Assembly (NCBI GenBank): GCA_017521825.1
Contig: JAFXBK010000084.1
Coordinates: 30,105-94,104 of the forward strand
Direction of reading: 5' to 3'
DNA length: 64,000 nt
Source of the DNA: Oscillospiraceae bacterium
Lineage (GTDB): Bacteria > Bacillota > Clostridia > Oscillospirales > Ruminococcaceae
Part shown: in pieces, positions 18,061-26,960 of the stretch
Layout: the number at the start of each line of letters is the position of its first letter
How positions within the stretch are numbered: position 1 is the stretch's first letter
Notes under the pieces: generated by a model
Databases searched by the model: none
The model's input: only the letters and a program-made list of their open reading frames with translations
Told to the model about the DNA's origin: nothing
Made by a program: the position numbers and the translations under genes

Positions 18061-19443
18061 ATGCCCGAAATAAATTATATTGAAAAAGTGCGCGAAATTC
18101 TTTCAAAAAAAGAAGGCGAGCACCTTGCTTATGTCCATACTTATGGATGTCAGCAGAACTTTTCCGACGGCGAAAAGCTGGAGGGCCTCCTTGAACAGAT
18201 GGGTTACAAAATAACAAATTCCGCAGATGGCGCGGAATTCGTTATTTTCAACACCTGCGCGATAAGAGAAAACGCCGAAAAACGTGTTTTCGGAAACGTG
18301 GGAATCCTTAAAAAGGCCCATGAGGAAAACCCAGGTATGATAATTGCCGTTTGCGGCTGTATGGTCCAGCAGGAACATATTGCCAAAAAGTTCCGCCAGA
18401 GCTATCCTTTTGTGGATATTGTTTTCGGAACCCATGCGGCACCAAGGCTTCCGGAGCTTGCGTATAAGCATATCACCGCAAAAAAACGCCAGTTTGATAT
18501 AGGCGAAGGCGAAGGCTGTATGGCGGAATATCTTCCGATACACCGGGACGATGATATGAAAGCAAATCTTCCGATAATGCATGGATGCGATAACTTTTGC
18601 ACATACTGTGTAGTGCCGCTTGTTCGCGGAAGAGAAAAGAGCAGGGAACCGGAAAATATTCTTGCGGAAGCAAGAGAAATCGTTGCGGCGGGCTATAAGG
18701 AGATAACTTTGCTTGGCCAAAACGTAAACTCTTACGGAAAAGGACTTGTAAAGGGAATTACCTTTGCAGAGCTTCTTCGCGAAGTTAATGCAATTCCCGG
18801 GGATTTCAGAATAAAATTCATGACTTCCCATCCAAAGGATTGCACCCGCGAACTTTTAGAAGCAATCCGCGACTGCGAAAAAGTTTGCAATTACATTCAT
18901 CTTCCGGTGCAAAGCGGTTCAAACGATGTTCTTCGCCGGATGAACAGAAGATATACCGCCGAGCATTATATGGAGCTTGTTGATATGGCAAGGGAAATTA
19001 TTCCGGATGTTACAATAACAAGCGATATAATCGTAGGTTTTCCGGGTGAAACGGAAGAGGATTTCGAGGCCACCATGGAACTTTCCAGAAAAGCGAAATG
19101 GAGCATGACCTATAGTTTTATCTATTCAAAACGCGAGGGAACAAAAGCCGCGGTTATGGAAGACCAGATTCCGCACGAGGTTTCTTCAAACCGTTTCCAA
19201 AGGCTTCTTGATCTCCAGACTGAAATCAGCCACGAGATCAACGCTTCTTTTGTAGGAAAAACAACAACGGTTCTTTTTGATGATGAAGTGGACGTTGGAG
19301 AAGGCTATATCAGCGGAAGAAGTTACGAAAACCTTGTTGTTCGAGCTCCAAGAAGCGACGTAAAAAAAGGTTTTGCAAAAGTTTATTTAAAAGAGTCCCT
19401 TGGCTGGGCACTTGACGGAGAAATTATTAAAACGGAGGAATAA
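18061..19443 (+). CDS. miaB: tRNA-2-methylthio-N6-dimethylallyladenosine synthase
   Basis: 460 aa. UPF0004 domain, radical SAM CDNFCTYC, and TRAM domain. Confidence 0.92.
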   Translation: MPEINYIEKVREILSKKEGEHLAYVHTYGCQQNFSDGEKLEGLLEQMGYKITNSADGAEFVIFNTCAIRENAEKRVFGNVGILKKAHEENPGMIIAVCGCMVQQEHIAKKFRQSYPFVDIVFGTHAAPRLPELAYKHITAKKRQFDIGEGEGCMAEYLPIHRDDDMKANLPIMHGCDNFCTYCVVPLVRGREKSREPENILAEAREIVAAGYKEITLLGQNVNSYGKGLVKGITFAELLREVNAIPGDFRIKFMTSHPKDCTRELLEAIRDCEKVCNYIHLPVQSGSNDVLRRMNRRYTAEHYMELVDMAREIIPDVTITSDIIVGFPGETEEDFEATMELSRKAKWSMTYSFIYSKREGTKAAVMEDQIPHEVSSNRFQRLLDLQTEISHEINASFVGKTTTVLFDDEVDVGEGYISGRSYENLVVRAPRSDVKKGFAKVYLKESLGWALDGEIIKTEE

Positions 19444-19447
19444 ATAA

Positions 19448-19858
19448 ATGACTGTTATCGAAATGGCACGCGAACTCGGTAAAAAAATCCAGCAGGAGGA
19501 AAGCTATATTGCACTTTCCAACGCTCAGAGAGCTGTTGAAGAGGACGATGAACTCCAGGAAAAAATTGCCGAATTCAATATGAAAAGATATGAACTCACC
19601 CAGGAGATCACCAAATCCGAACGTGACGATAAAAAAATCGAAGAACTTGACAAAGTTGTTCACGAACTTTACGACGTTGCAACCAACCACGAAAAAATGG
19701 TCGCATATAACGACGCTCAGGACGAATTCAACGAAATGTTCGAATATGTTCTTCATATAATCCAGATGTCTGCAACAGGCGACGATCCCGATACTATTGC
19801 AAGACCCGAACAGGGCGGATGCTCCGGCGATTGCAGTTCCTGCGGCGGTTGCGGCTGA
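19448..19858 (+). CDS. YlbF/YmcA family protein with Cys/Gly-rich C-terminal tail
   Basis: 136 aa, helical, YlbF-like N-terminus. Ends GGCSGDCSSCGGCG. Confidence 0.7.
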   Translation: MTVIEMARELGKKIQQEESYIALSNAQRAVEEDDELQEKIAEFNMKRYELTQEITKSERDDKKIEELDKVVHELYDVATNHEKMVAYNDAQDEFNEMFEYVLHIIQMSATGDDPDTIARPEQGGCSGDCSSCGGCG

Positions 19859-19882
19859 TTTAATAAACAGGAGGAAAAAACA

Positions 19883-20533
19883 ATGGATAAACAGGCTATC
19901 GCAAAATATCTTGACCACACTCTTCTTAAAGCGGACGCAACCCATGAACAGCTCCGCGCCGTTTGTGACGAAGCAAAAAAATACGGAGTTGCCGCTGTTT
20001 GCGTAAACTCCCTTAACGTTTACTTCGTACATAAAGAACTTAAAGGCACCGGAATCAAAACCTGCTCTGTTGTAGGTTTTCCTCTTGGTGCAATGGCTTC
20101 CGCTGCAAAAGCATTTGAAGCCGCCTGCGCTATTGAGGACGGCGCAGAGGAAATTGATATGGTAATCGATATTGCTTCCGCAAAAGTTGGCGACTGGCGC
20201 CGCGTTGAGGACGACATTGCAACTGTCCACAGCGCCTGCGACGGAAGAGCAATTCTTAAAGTTATAATCGAAACCTGCCTTCTTACCGATGAAGAAAAAG
20301 TTGAAGCCTGCCTTGCGGCAAAACGTGCCGGCGCGGAATTTGTTAAAACTTCCACCGGTTTTTCCACAGGCGGCGCAACTGTTGAAGATATTCGCCTTAT
20401 GCGCGAAACCGTTGGTCCGGAAATGGGCGTAAAAGCTTCCGGCGGCGTTAAAACTTTCGAGGCTGCATGTGCAATGGTCGAAGCCGGAGCTTCCAGAATC
20501 GGAACTTCCAGCTCTTCCAGCATTTGCGACTGA
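19883..20533 (+). CDS. deoC: deoxyribose-phosphate aldolase
   Basis: 216 aa. Motifs IDHTLLK-like, FPLG and the Schiff-base lysine region FVKTSTGF. Confidence 0.92.
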   Translation: MDKQAIAKYLDHTLLKADATHEQLRAVCDEAKKYGVAAVCVNSLNVYFVHKELKGTGIKTCSVVGFPLGAMASAAKAFEAACAIEDGAEEIDMVIDIASAKVGDWRRVEDDIATVHSACDGRAILKVIIETCLLTDEEKVEACLAAKRAGAEFVKTSTGFSTGGATVEDIRLMRETVGPEMGVKASGGVKTFEAACAMVEAGASRIGTSSSSSICD

Positions 20534-20560
20534 TTTAATTATAGAAAGTAATACAGCAGT

Positions 20561-20600
20561 GCACTCGTTTTTTTACACAAAAAAACGAGTGCTTGTAATT
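20561..20600 (+). terminator. probable intrinsic terminator
   Basis: Stem gcactcg/cgagtgc with an AT-rich extended stem and a weak T tail. Confidence 0.5.
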
Positions 20601-20661
20601 TTACGGTAAAATAATAAAGAAAGGGAAAAAGCTTGTTTTTTTAAGCAAGAATAAGCGTAAA

Positions 20662-21729
20662 ATGAAAAGAATAATTATCGCAATACTGCTATTGTGTATT
20701 GTTTTTTCCGGTTGTTTTTTAAACAATATGCCGGAAGAAAGTTCAGATAAACAAAAAACAGGTACCATTTATCTGTATGGAGAAAAACATAATAACGAAA
20801 AAATTATGGCATTGGAACTGGAACTTTGGCAGAAATATTATAACGAGCAGGGTATGCGGCATCTTTTTGTTGAATACAGTTATTATACGGCACAGCTTCT
20901 TAACCAGTGGATGCAGGCAGAAGGCGATGAAATTCTTGAAGATATTTTTAGGGCGTGGAACGGAACAAGCGCAGGCGGCGAAGCAAACAGAAACTTTTTA
21001 AAAACAATAAAAGAAACCTGCCCGGAAACAGTTTTTCATGGAACCGATGTTGGTCATCAATATAATTCCATCGGAGCAAAATATCTTTATGAACTTAAAG
21101 AAAAGGGTCTTGAAGATACGGAAGAATACATGCTTACCCGGGAAGCCATGAAGCAGGGACGCAGTTATTACGGAAGCGACGAACCCAACCATGCTTTCAG
21201 AGAAAACGCCATGACGGAAAATTTTATCAGAGAATTTGAGGCTTTGAACGGAGAAAGCGTTATGGGAATATATGGTTCCGCGCACACGGCATTGGATTCT
21301 CTTAATATTACCGGCGAAGTTGACTGCATGGCTAAACAGCTTTTTGCAAAATACGGAGATAACGTGATAAGCGAAAATCTTTATGAAACGATTTTGAAAA
21401 ATGCGGAACCTATAAGCGAATCTTTTGTAATTATTAAAGAAAAAGAAATAAAAGCCTTTTATTACGGAAGTGAAGATATCAGTACTTATTTTCCGGAATA
21501 CGAAAAACGTGAATTCTGGCTTTTGGAAGATGCTTATGATATTCTTTCAGAATATGCCTTAAACGGAAATATGCTTCCGCAGGGCGACTGGCCTATGCTT
21601 CTTAAAAAAGATACCGCCTATATGATAGTATATTTTCTGAAAGACGGAACACAGAAAACAGAGTATCAAATCTGTGACGGAACGGAATTTAATAAAGAAT
21701 TATGCACTTATGAAGTTACCTTGCAATAA
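20662..21729 (+). CDS. hypothetical lipoprotein, possible Tiki/ChaN/erythromycin-esterase-like fold
   Basis: Lipobox (VFSGC). Two GxxH motifs (YGEKH, YGSAH) spaced about 165 aa apart. Confidence 0.55.
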   Translation: MKRIIIAILLLCIVFSGCFLNNMPEESSDKQKTGTIYLYGEKHNNEKIMALELELWQKYYNEQGMRHLFVEYSYYTAQLLNQWMQAEGDEILEDIFRAWNGTSAGGEANRNFLKTIKETCPETVFHGTDVGHQYNSIGAKYLYELKEKGLEDTEEYMLTREAMKQGRSYYGSDEPNHAFRENAMTENFIREFEALNGESVMGIYGSAHTALDSLNITGEVDCMAKQLFAKYGDNVISENLYETILKNAEPISESFVIIKEKEIKAFYYGSEDISTYFPEYEKREFWLLEDAYDILSEYALNGNMLPQGDWPMLLKKDTAYMIVYFLKDGTQKTEYQICDGTEFNKELCTYEVTLQ

Positions 21730-21732
21730 GAT

Positions 21733-21765
21733 AAAAATCCCTGCCTTCCGGCAGGGATTTTTTTA
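21733..21765. terminator. bidirectional intrinsic terminator
   Basis: Stem tccctgcc/ggcaggga flanked by A- and T-runs. Overlaps the stop codon of the minus-strand gene. Confidence 0.8.
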
Positions 21766-22482
21766 AATAATCTGTATTCTTCCGTCTTTTTCTGGATTCT
21801 TGCGGACAATTTTCCTGAGAGCCTCCATTTTTTCATCAAGCTCTGCACTTAAATCGGCGCAAAGCGCAAGTTCCGCGGCCATTTCATCAGTAAAATTAAA
21901 ATCCTTTTTGTAATGAATCTGGTGCTCAAGGCTTGCCCAGCAATCCATCGCAATTGTGCGAAGCTGGATTTCAACCTTCATCATGCGTTTTTCCCTCACA
22001 AGGAAAATGGGAATCTCTATAATAAGGTGTAAGCTTCTGTAACCGCTTGGCTTTGGATTTTTTATGTAATCCTTCATACGGATAAGGGTAACATCATCCT
22101 GGCTTAAAAAGGCTTCTGCAATGGTATAAACGTCGCTTGGAAAAGAACAAACAACCCGGATTCCCGCAACGTCGTGAAGCTGTTCTTCAATGTTCTGCAT
22201 TGTAAGTGGATAGCCGTATTTTTTAAGTTTGTTGCGTATGCTGATGGGCCTTTTAAGACGGCTTTTTACGTTTTCGATGGGGTTTCGGTCAAAGCGAAGG
22301 GAAAATTCTTCGTTAAGAACCTTGAATTTTGTTTCAACCTCCATTATGGCGCATCGGTAATAAGCCATAAGTTTTGCATATTCATGGGCGCGTTTTGCAA
22401 TAAGATAATGAGCTTCTTCGCTTTCAAAAATCTCTTCAAATTCTTTTTCAAGTTCACGTTCGTTGGCAAATTCCTGGGACAT
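21763..22482 (-). CDS. small alarmone synthetase (RelQ/RelP-type GTP pyrophosphokinase)
   Basis: 239 aa. RelA/SpoT synthetase motifs (DVAGIRVVC, GYRSLHLI, EIQLRT). Confidence 0.88.
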   Translation of the reverse strand: MSQEFANERELEKEFEEIFESEEAHYLIAKRAHEYAKLMAYYRCAIMEVETKFKVLNEEFSLRFDRNPIENVKSRLKRPISIRNKLKKYGYPLTMQNIEEQLHDVAGIRVVCSFPSDVYTIAEAFLSQDDVTLIRMKDYIKNPKPSGYRSLHLIIEIPIFLVREKRMMKVEIQLRTIAMDCWASLEHQIHYKKDFNFTDEMAAELALCADLSAELDEKMEALRKIVRKNPEKDGRIQII

Positions 22483-22604
22483 GGCGCAGATCCTTTCGAG
22501 GCTTATTTCTGTAAAATCAGTATAACATATATTTATTAAATTTTCTCTTTTTTTGAAGAAATTATTGTTGACAAAACAACCAAAAATAAAGGCATTTTTT
22601 TGGT

Positions 22605-22632
22605 ATAAAAAAAGCCCCGCAAAGCGGGGCTT
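22605..22632 (-). terminator. intrinsic terminator after hppA
   Basis: Stem gccccgc/gcggggc with a T-run on the minus strand. Confidence 0.85.
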
Positions 22633-22646
22633 TAATTATTTACCTA

Positions 22647-24683
22647 TCAAAGGAAAAGGGGAAGGAATACAACAGCTACTACGGTCATGAGTTTGATAAG
22701 GATGTTAAGGGAAGGACCGGAAGTATCTTTGAAGGGGTCACCGACGGTATCGCCGACAACAGCAGCTTTATGGGGTTCGGAACCTTTGCCGCCGTTATGA
22801 CCGTTTTCGATGTATTTCTTTGCGTTATCCCAAGCGCCGCCTGCGTTGGACATGGTGATTGCCATGAGAACGCCAACAACAAGGGAACCGGCGAGAAGAC
22901 CGCCAAGAGCTTCAGTGCCGAGGATAAGACCAACAGCAATGGGGCAAACTACTGCGAGAGCGCCGGGAAGGAGCATTTCTTTAAGAGCTGCACCGGTGGA
23001 GATGTCAACGCATCTTGCGTAGTCGGGTTTCTGAGTTCCTTCCATAATGCCGGGGAATTCACGGAACTGTTTACGGACTTCTTCGATCATCTGGTTTGCT
23101 GCTTTACCAACAGAGTTCATGGTAAGAGCGGAGAAGAGCATCGGAAGCATACCGCCGATAAGGAGGCCTGCTACTACGGTAGGAGTAAGAAGGTCGATTT
23201 TGTCGAGGTTTGCGATCTGGGAATAAGATACGAAGAGTGCAAGAGCGGTGAGAGCTGCAGAACCAACTGCAAAGCCTTTACCAACTGCTGCGGTGGTGTT
23301 ACCAACGGAGTCGAGGGTATCGGTGATTTCGCGTACTTCTTCGGGAAGTTCGCTCATTTCTGCGATACCGCCGGCGTTATCGGAGATAGGACCGTAAGCG
23401 TCAACTGCGATAACAATACCGGTGGTGGAAAGCATACCTACTGCTGCGATTGCAATTCCGTAAAGGCCGAATGCATAGTAAGCGCCGAGAATTGCGATTG
23501 CGATGAGGAGAAGCGGGAAAACAGTGGAGGTAAGACCGGTTGCAAAACCGCTGATAATGCAGGTTGCGGAACCGGTTTCGCACTGCTGTGCAATTTCTTT
23601 AACGGGTTTGAAGTCGCCGGAGGTGTAGAATTCGGTGATTTTACCGATTGCAACACCAACAACAAGACCGATAACAACAGCGATGAAAGCACCGATGTTG
23701 CCGAAGCAAGCCTGGCTGAGGAAGAAGGAAGCTGCGATTACGATAGCGGAACTGATGTAAGTACCAAGGTTAAGCTGGCTTGCGGGGTTATTGGTTTTAC
23801 CGTTTACGAAGAATACAGCGATTACGGAAGCAATGATACCAATTGCAGCAAGGAAGAGGGGGAAGAGGGATCCGGTTACGGGATCGAGAGCAACTTCGCC
23901 AAGAAGTCCGCTGTTGATGGTAGGAATTGCAATTGCAAGGGTGATTGCGGAAACGATGGAACCAACATAGGATTCGAAAAGGTCGGAACCCATACCGGCA
24001 ACGTCGCCTACGTTATCGCCAACGTTATCAGCAATAACTGCGGGGTTTCTGGGGTCATCTTCGGGAATACCTGCTTCAACTTTACCAACAAGGTCTGCAC
24101 CGACGTCTGCTGCTTTGGTATAAATACCGCCGCCAACACGTCCGAAAAGTGCAACGAAGGAAGCACCAAGGGAGAAACCGGTGATGATGGTTGCACAGTC
24201 TGCAATGGTGATGTTGGCAAAAATGCCGGTATCAAGGTTGCAGATGATGAAAACAACGCTTACACCAAGAAGGCCGAGGCCAACAACGCAAAGACCCATA
24301 ACAGCGCCGCCGCGGAATGCGATTTTAAGTGCAGCGGGCATACCGCTTTTGCTTGCAGCGTTGGTGGTGCGGACGTTTGCATCGGTTGCGGTTTTCATGC
24401 CGATATAGCCTGCAAGAACGGAGAATGCAGCGCCGAAAAGGCATGCGATTGCAGCGATGGGGCTGATGAAGATTGCTACGATAAGAAGGAGAGCTACTGC
24501 GAAAGCAGCAACCATTTTGTACTCGCGGCCGAGGAAGGCCATTGCGCCTTCACGGATATAACCGGAGATTTCCTTCATTCTGTCGTTGCCTTCGTCCTGT
24601 TTGCCGATCCAGCTTTTAAGCACGAGAGCGACAACAAGAGAAATGACACCGATAACGGGAACAGCATAGAGAAGATTTTCCAT
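22647..24683 (-). CDS. hppA: membrane-bound ion-translocating pyrophosphatase
   Basis: 678 aa with about 16 TM segments. Motifs [26 protein letters not shown] and DTVGDPFKD. Confidence 0.95.
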   Translation of the reverse strand: MENLLYAVPVIGVISLVVALVLKSWIGKQDEGNDRMKEISGYIREGAMAFLGREYKMVAAFAVALLLIVAIFISPIAAIACLFGAAFSVLAGYIGMKTATDANVRTTNAASKSGMPAALKIAFRGGAVMGLCVVGLGLLGVSVVFIICNLDTGIFANITIADCATIITGFSLGASFVALFGRVGGGIYTKAADVGADLVGKVEAGIPEDDPRNPAVIADNVGDNVGDVAGMGSDLFESYVGSIVSAITLAIAIPTINSGLLGEVALDPVTGSLFPLFLAAIGIIASVIAVFFVNGKTNNPASQLNLGTYISSAIVIAASFFLSQACFGNIGAFIAVVIGLVVGVAIGKITEFYTSGDFKPVKEIAQQCETGSATCIISGFATGLTSTVFPLLLIAIAILGAYYAFGLYGIAIAAVGMLSTTGIVIAVDAYGPISDNAGGIAEMSELPEEVREITDTLDSVGNTTAAVGKGFAVGSAALTALALFVSYSQIANLDKIDLLTPTVVAGLLIGGMLPMLFSALTMNSVGKAANQMIEEVRKQFREFPGIMEGTQKPDYARCVDISTGAALKEMLLPGALAVVCPIAVGLILGTEALGGLLAGSLVVGVLMAITMSNAGGAWDNAKKYIENGHNGGKGSEPHKAAVVGDTVGDPFKDTSGPSLNILIKLMTVVAVVFLPLFL

Positions 24684-24870
24684 AAGCTTTGTTCACTCCT
24701 GTTCGTGTTTCTTATTTTGGGCATTTTGCCCACTGTTGTATATCAACACCTTATTATACATATTTTTATATTATTAAGTCAATAGAATATTCAAAAATTA
24801 GACCAAAATTATTAAAAAATTATCACAATTTTGTCAAAAGTTCTTGTTAATGTTTGTTCACAAACTGACA

Positions 24871-24909
24871 AAACCGTTAATACAAAATTAAATTTTGTAT
24901 TAACGGTTT
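24871..24909 (-). terminator. perfect 18-bp-arm palindrome downstream of spoIIR (probable terminator)
   Basis: aaaccgttaatacaaaat-taa-attttgtattaacggttt. No long T-run on either side. Confidence 0.45.
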
Positions 24910-24921
24910 ATAAAAATTGCA

Positions 24922-25551
24922 CTATTTTGATAAAAACTGTTTTATTCCTTCAACCCATTCGATTATTTTAAACCTTAGTTCAAACCCGTTTCCGGAAATA
25001 AAGCCGATATTTTCGTCATATTCTTCTATTTCGTTTTCCGCGCCGGGAATACAAAGAGCCGGATACATTACGCACCACCAGTTTTTTCCTTCTCCGTTTC
25101 CGATTATTATCCTTACTGCATCGTAATCACCCGCAGGAAGGGAAAAACCTTCATAGCTCCTTGTTTCAAACCACATTTCTGTAATTTCCACCTGGACGGG
25201 ATAATCAAAACCTTCCGAAGCCACAACGTTTTCCGCAATAGCTTTGATGTCGTTTGCGGAAAATTCCGCCGCGGAAAGTGCTTCGGTTTTTCCGGAAACT
25301 TCGGCAAAAAGTTCGCCTGTAGCTTCAAGAACGGCGTCCCTGACTTTAAGCTTAAGTTCCTGGTCGGCTTCACTGTCGGAATTTGCAATTATATGAAGCC
25401 GGAGTGTTTCGGAACGGATTTCGTTTCCGGTTTCAACGGTTTTGTTTACCGATGACGAAAGCATCGTAAAAACAAGCCCTATAAGAAGAAGCGATTCAAC
25501 ACCTTTCATTTTTCTGCCCTTGGGATAAGCGTTATATCTGTAAAAACTCAT
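24922..25551 (-). CDS. spoIIR: stage II sporulation protein R
   Basis: N-terminal membrane anchor, then the LRLHIIANSDSEADQELKLKVRD signature. An alternative start exists at 25509. Confidence 0.85.
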   Translation of the reverse strand: MSFYRYNAYPKGRKMKGVESLLLIGLVFTMLSSSVNKTVETGNEIRSETLRLHIIANSDSEADQELKLKVRDAVLEATGELFAEVSGKTEALSAAEFSANDIKAIAENVVASEGFDYPVQVEITEMWFETRSYEGFSLPAGDYDAVRIIIGNGEGKNWWCVMYPALCIPGAENEIEEYDENIGFISGNGFELRFKIIEWVEGIKQFLSK

Positions 25552-25593
25552 AAAAAATCCGCCTTTGCTTTTGATAAAAAAAGCATTGGCGGA
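25552..25593 (-). terminator. probable terminator after the ispE fusion gene
   Basis: Stem tccgcc..tgc/gca..ggcgga with a T-run on the minus strand. Confidence 0.5.
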
Positions 25594-25611
25594 AATTTTT
25601 ATTTTTATACA

Positions 25612-26958
25612 TCAAATTTTAATAAAATCGATTTTGTTTCCGTTTTCTTTGATTACCTTAATCAAATCTTCAAAGGAAATCCAGACAGTGGAAGTGTTCT
25701 GGTTCGGGTGAACGCCGACGCAGGGGAAATCCATAAATTCGCTGTCGATGATAAATTCAACGGAAGCATCCGTATCGTTTATAACGCCGAGAGGCGAAAC
25801 GGAACCTTTTGTAAGGCCAAGATATTTATCCAGCCTTTCCGCGGAACCGAAGCTGACATGTTTTATCCCGAGTTCGTTTTGGATTGCTTCAAGATCGGTG
25901 TGCTTATCTCCGAAAACAAAAACAAGAAAATGTCTTTTTCCTTTGTTATCACGAAGGAAAAGGTTTTTACCGACAACGCCTTTGTTGAATATTCCGAGGG
26001 AATCCATTTCTTCCATGGTATAGACGGCCGGGTGGTCAACGCGTTCGTATTTTATTCCAAGCTTCTTGAAACGTTCGTAAACGGCGGCGCTTTTGTCAAT
26101 CTGAACGCCGGATTTTGTCGGCCTTGAAAGATAAACGCGGCTGAATTTTTCGGAAAGAGCGTTTTTTGCAAAAACGGCTTTATGTACAGAATCAAAAATT
26201 CCGAAAACTGCGGTGCCGCTTCCGGTCATCATGGAACCAAGAGCGCCAAGACTGAGCATTTCGCTTTTGATTTCACCTATAATGGGATCTTTGACGGTGT
26301 GCTCAAGAACGTTATAAAGTTTTCCGGAAAGGGAAGCCGGGTCTTTTTCTTCCAAAACCGAAAGAAAACCGGATAATTCCGGGTGCTCAAGAGCGTAAAG
26401 CCGGTGCTCATCATAATATTTATAACTTTCCGGCGTGCTCATGCTGATATCCGGCTTAACAATAACAAGCCAGCAATCCGCCATTTCGGGAAGGGAAGAA
26501 AGTTTTTCGCCAATTCCTTCCGCAAGCATGGTTCCGCCTTTTATGGAAAAGGGAACGTCCGCACCGCATTTTGCGCCGACTTCACAAAGTTCTTCCTCGG
26601 AAAGAGGTTCATCAAAAAACTTGTTCAGACCGAAAAGAACAGCAGCAGCGTCGGCGCTTCCGCCGGCCATTCCGGCCTGCATCGGAATGCGTTTATCGAT
26701 ACTAATTTTTGCGCCGGATTTAATTTCGGTACGTTCAAAAAACAGTTTTGCGGCTTTGAACGCAATGTTGTTTTCTCCTTCCGGTGCGTTGTTATTGCAA
26801 TCAACCGTAATTTCGTCGTCTTTTTCAACTTTTACGTAATCAAAAAGGTCAACGGTTTGCATTACAGATTCAATTTCGTGATATCCGTTTGGAAGTTTTC
26901 CGACTATATCAAGAAAAAGATTTATTTTGGCCGGAGCTTTTACGCTGATGCTTTCCAT
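25612..26958 (-). CDS. ispE: 4-diphosphocytidyl-2-C-methyl-D-erythritol kinase fused to a YbaK/ProX-like aminoacyl-tRNA editing domain
   Basis: Single 448-aa ORF. Residues 1 to about 285 are GHMP kinase (APAKINLFLDI, PMQAGMAGGSADAAA). Residues from about 290 to 448 resemble prolyl-tRNA-synthetase-associated editing domains (HPAVYTMEEM, GKNLFLRD, GSVSPLG). Confidence 0.85.
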   Translation of the reverse strand: MESISVKAPAKINLFLDIVGKLPNGYHEIESVMQTVDLFDYVKVEKDDEITVDCNNNAPEGENNIAFKAAKLFFERTEIKSGAKISIDKRIPMQAGMAGGSADAAAVLFGLNKFFDEPLSEEELCEVGAKCGADVPFSIKGGTMLAEGIGEKLSSLPEMADCWLVIVKPDISMSTPESYKYYDEHRLYALEHPELSGFLSVLEEKDPASLSGKLYNVLEHTVKDPIIGEIKSEMLSLGALGSMMTGSGTAVFGIFDSVHKAVFAKNALSEKFSRVYLSRPTKSGVQIDKSAAVYERFKKLGIKYERVDHPAVYTMEEMDSLGIFNKGVVGKNLFLRDNKGKRHFLVFVFGDKHTDLEAIQNELGIKHVSFGSAERLDKYLGLTKGSVSPLGVINDTDASVEFIIDSEFMDFPCVGVHPNQNTSTVWISFEDLIKVIKENGNKIDFIKI

Positions 26959-26960
26959 TT

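Noticed and set aside
17957-18217. 86-aa minus-strand ORF upstream of mazF, considered as a possible antitoxin.
   Set aside because: It overlaps the miaB start in antisense and ends 55 nt before mazF without coupling. It is basic and low-complexity, with no RHH/AbrB-like features.
22770-24785. 671-aa ORF on the plus strand covering all of hppA in antisense. Similar whole-gene antisense ORFs occur at 3597-4934, 12983-14965 (660 aa, spanning two genes), 37178-38602, 47311-48549, 48549-49571, 52515-54140, 59539-60906 and 61118-62272.
   Set aside because: Where I checked the phase (hppA, groEL, PPTase and RlmI), the antisense ORF lies in the frame exactly codon-aligned with a well-supported sense gene. 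They stay open only because the sense genes almost never use TTA, CTA or TCA codons (the reverse complements of stops). Their products are low-complexity (F/K/N/G/C-rich) and they lack RBS support. They are codon-usage shadows, not genes.
26281-26450. Cluster of GTGCTC hexamers in ispE, considered as a separate repeat element.
   Set aside because: The bare hexamer GAGCAC/GTGCTC occurs roughly as often as chance predicts in 64 kb. Here it encodes Glu-His (LEH) on the coding strand. Only the longer word GTGCTCAAA looks enriched, and that is reported as a finding.
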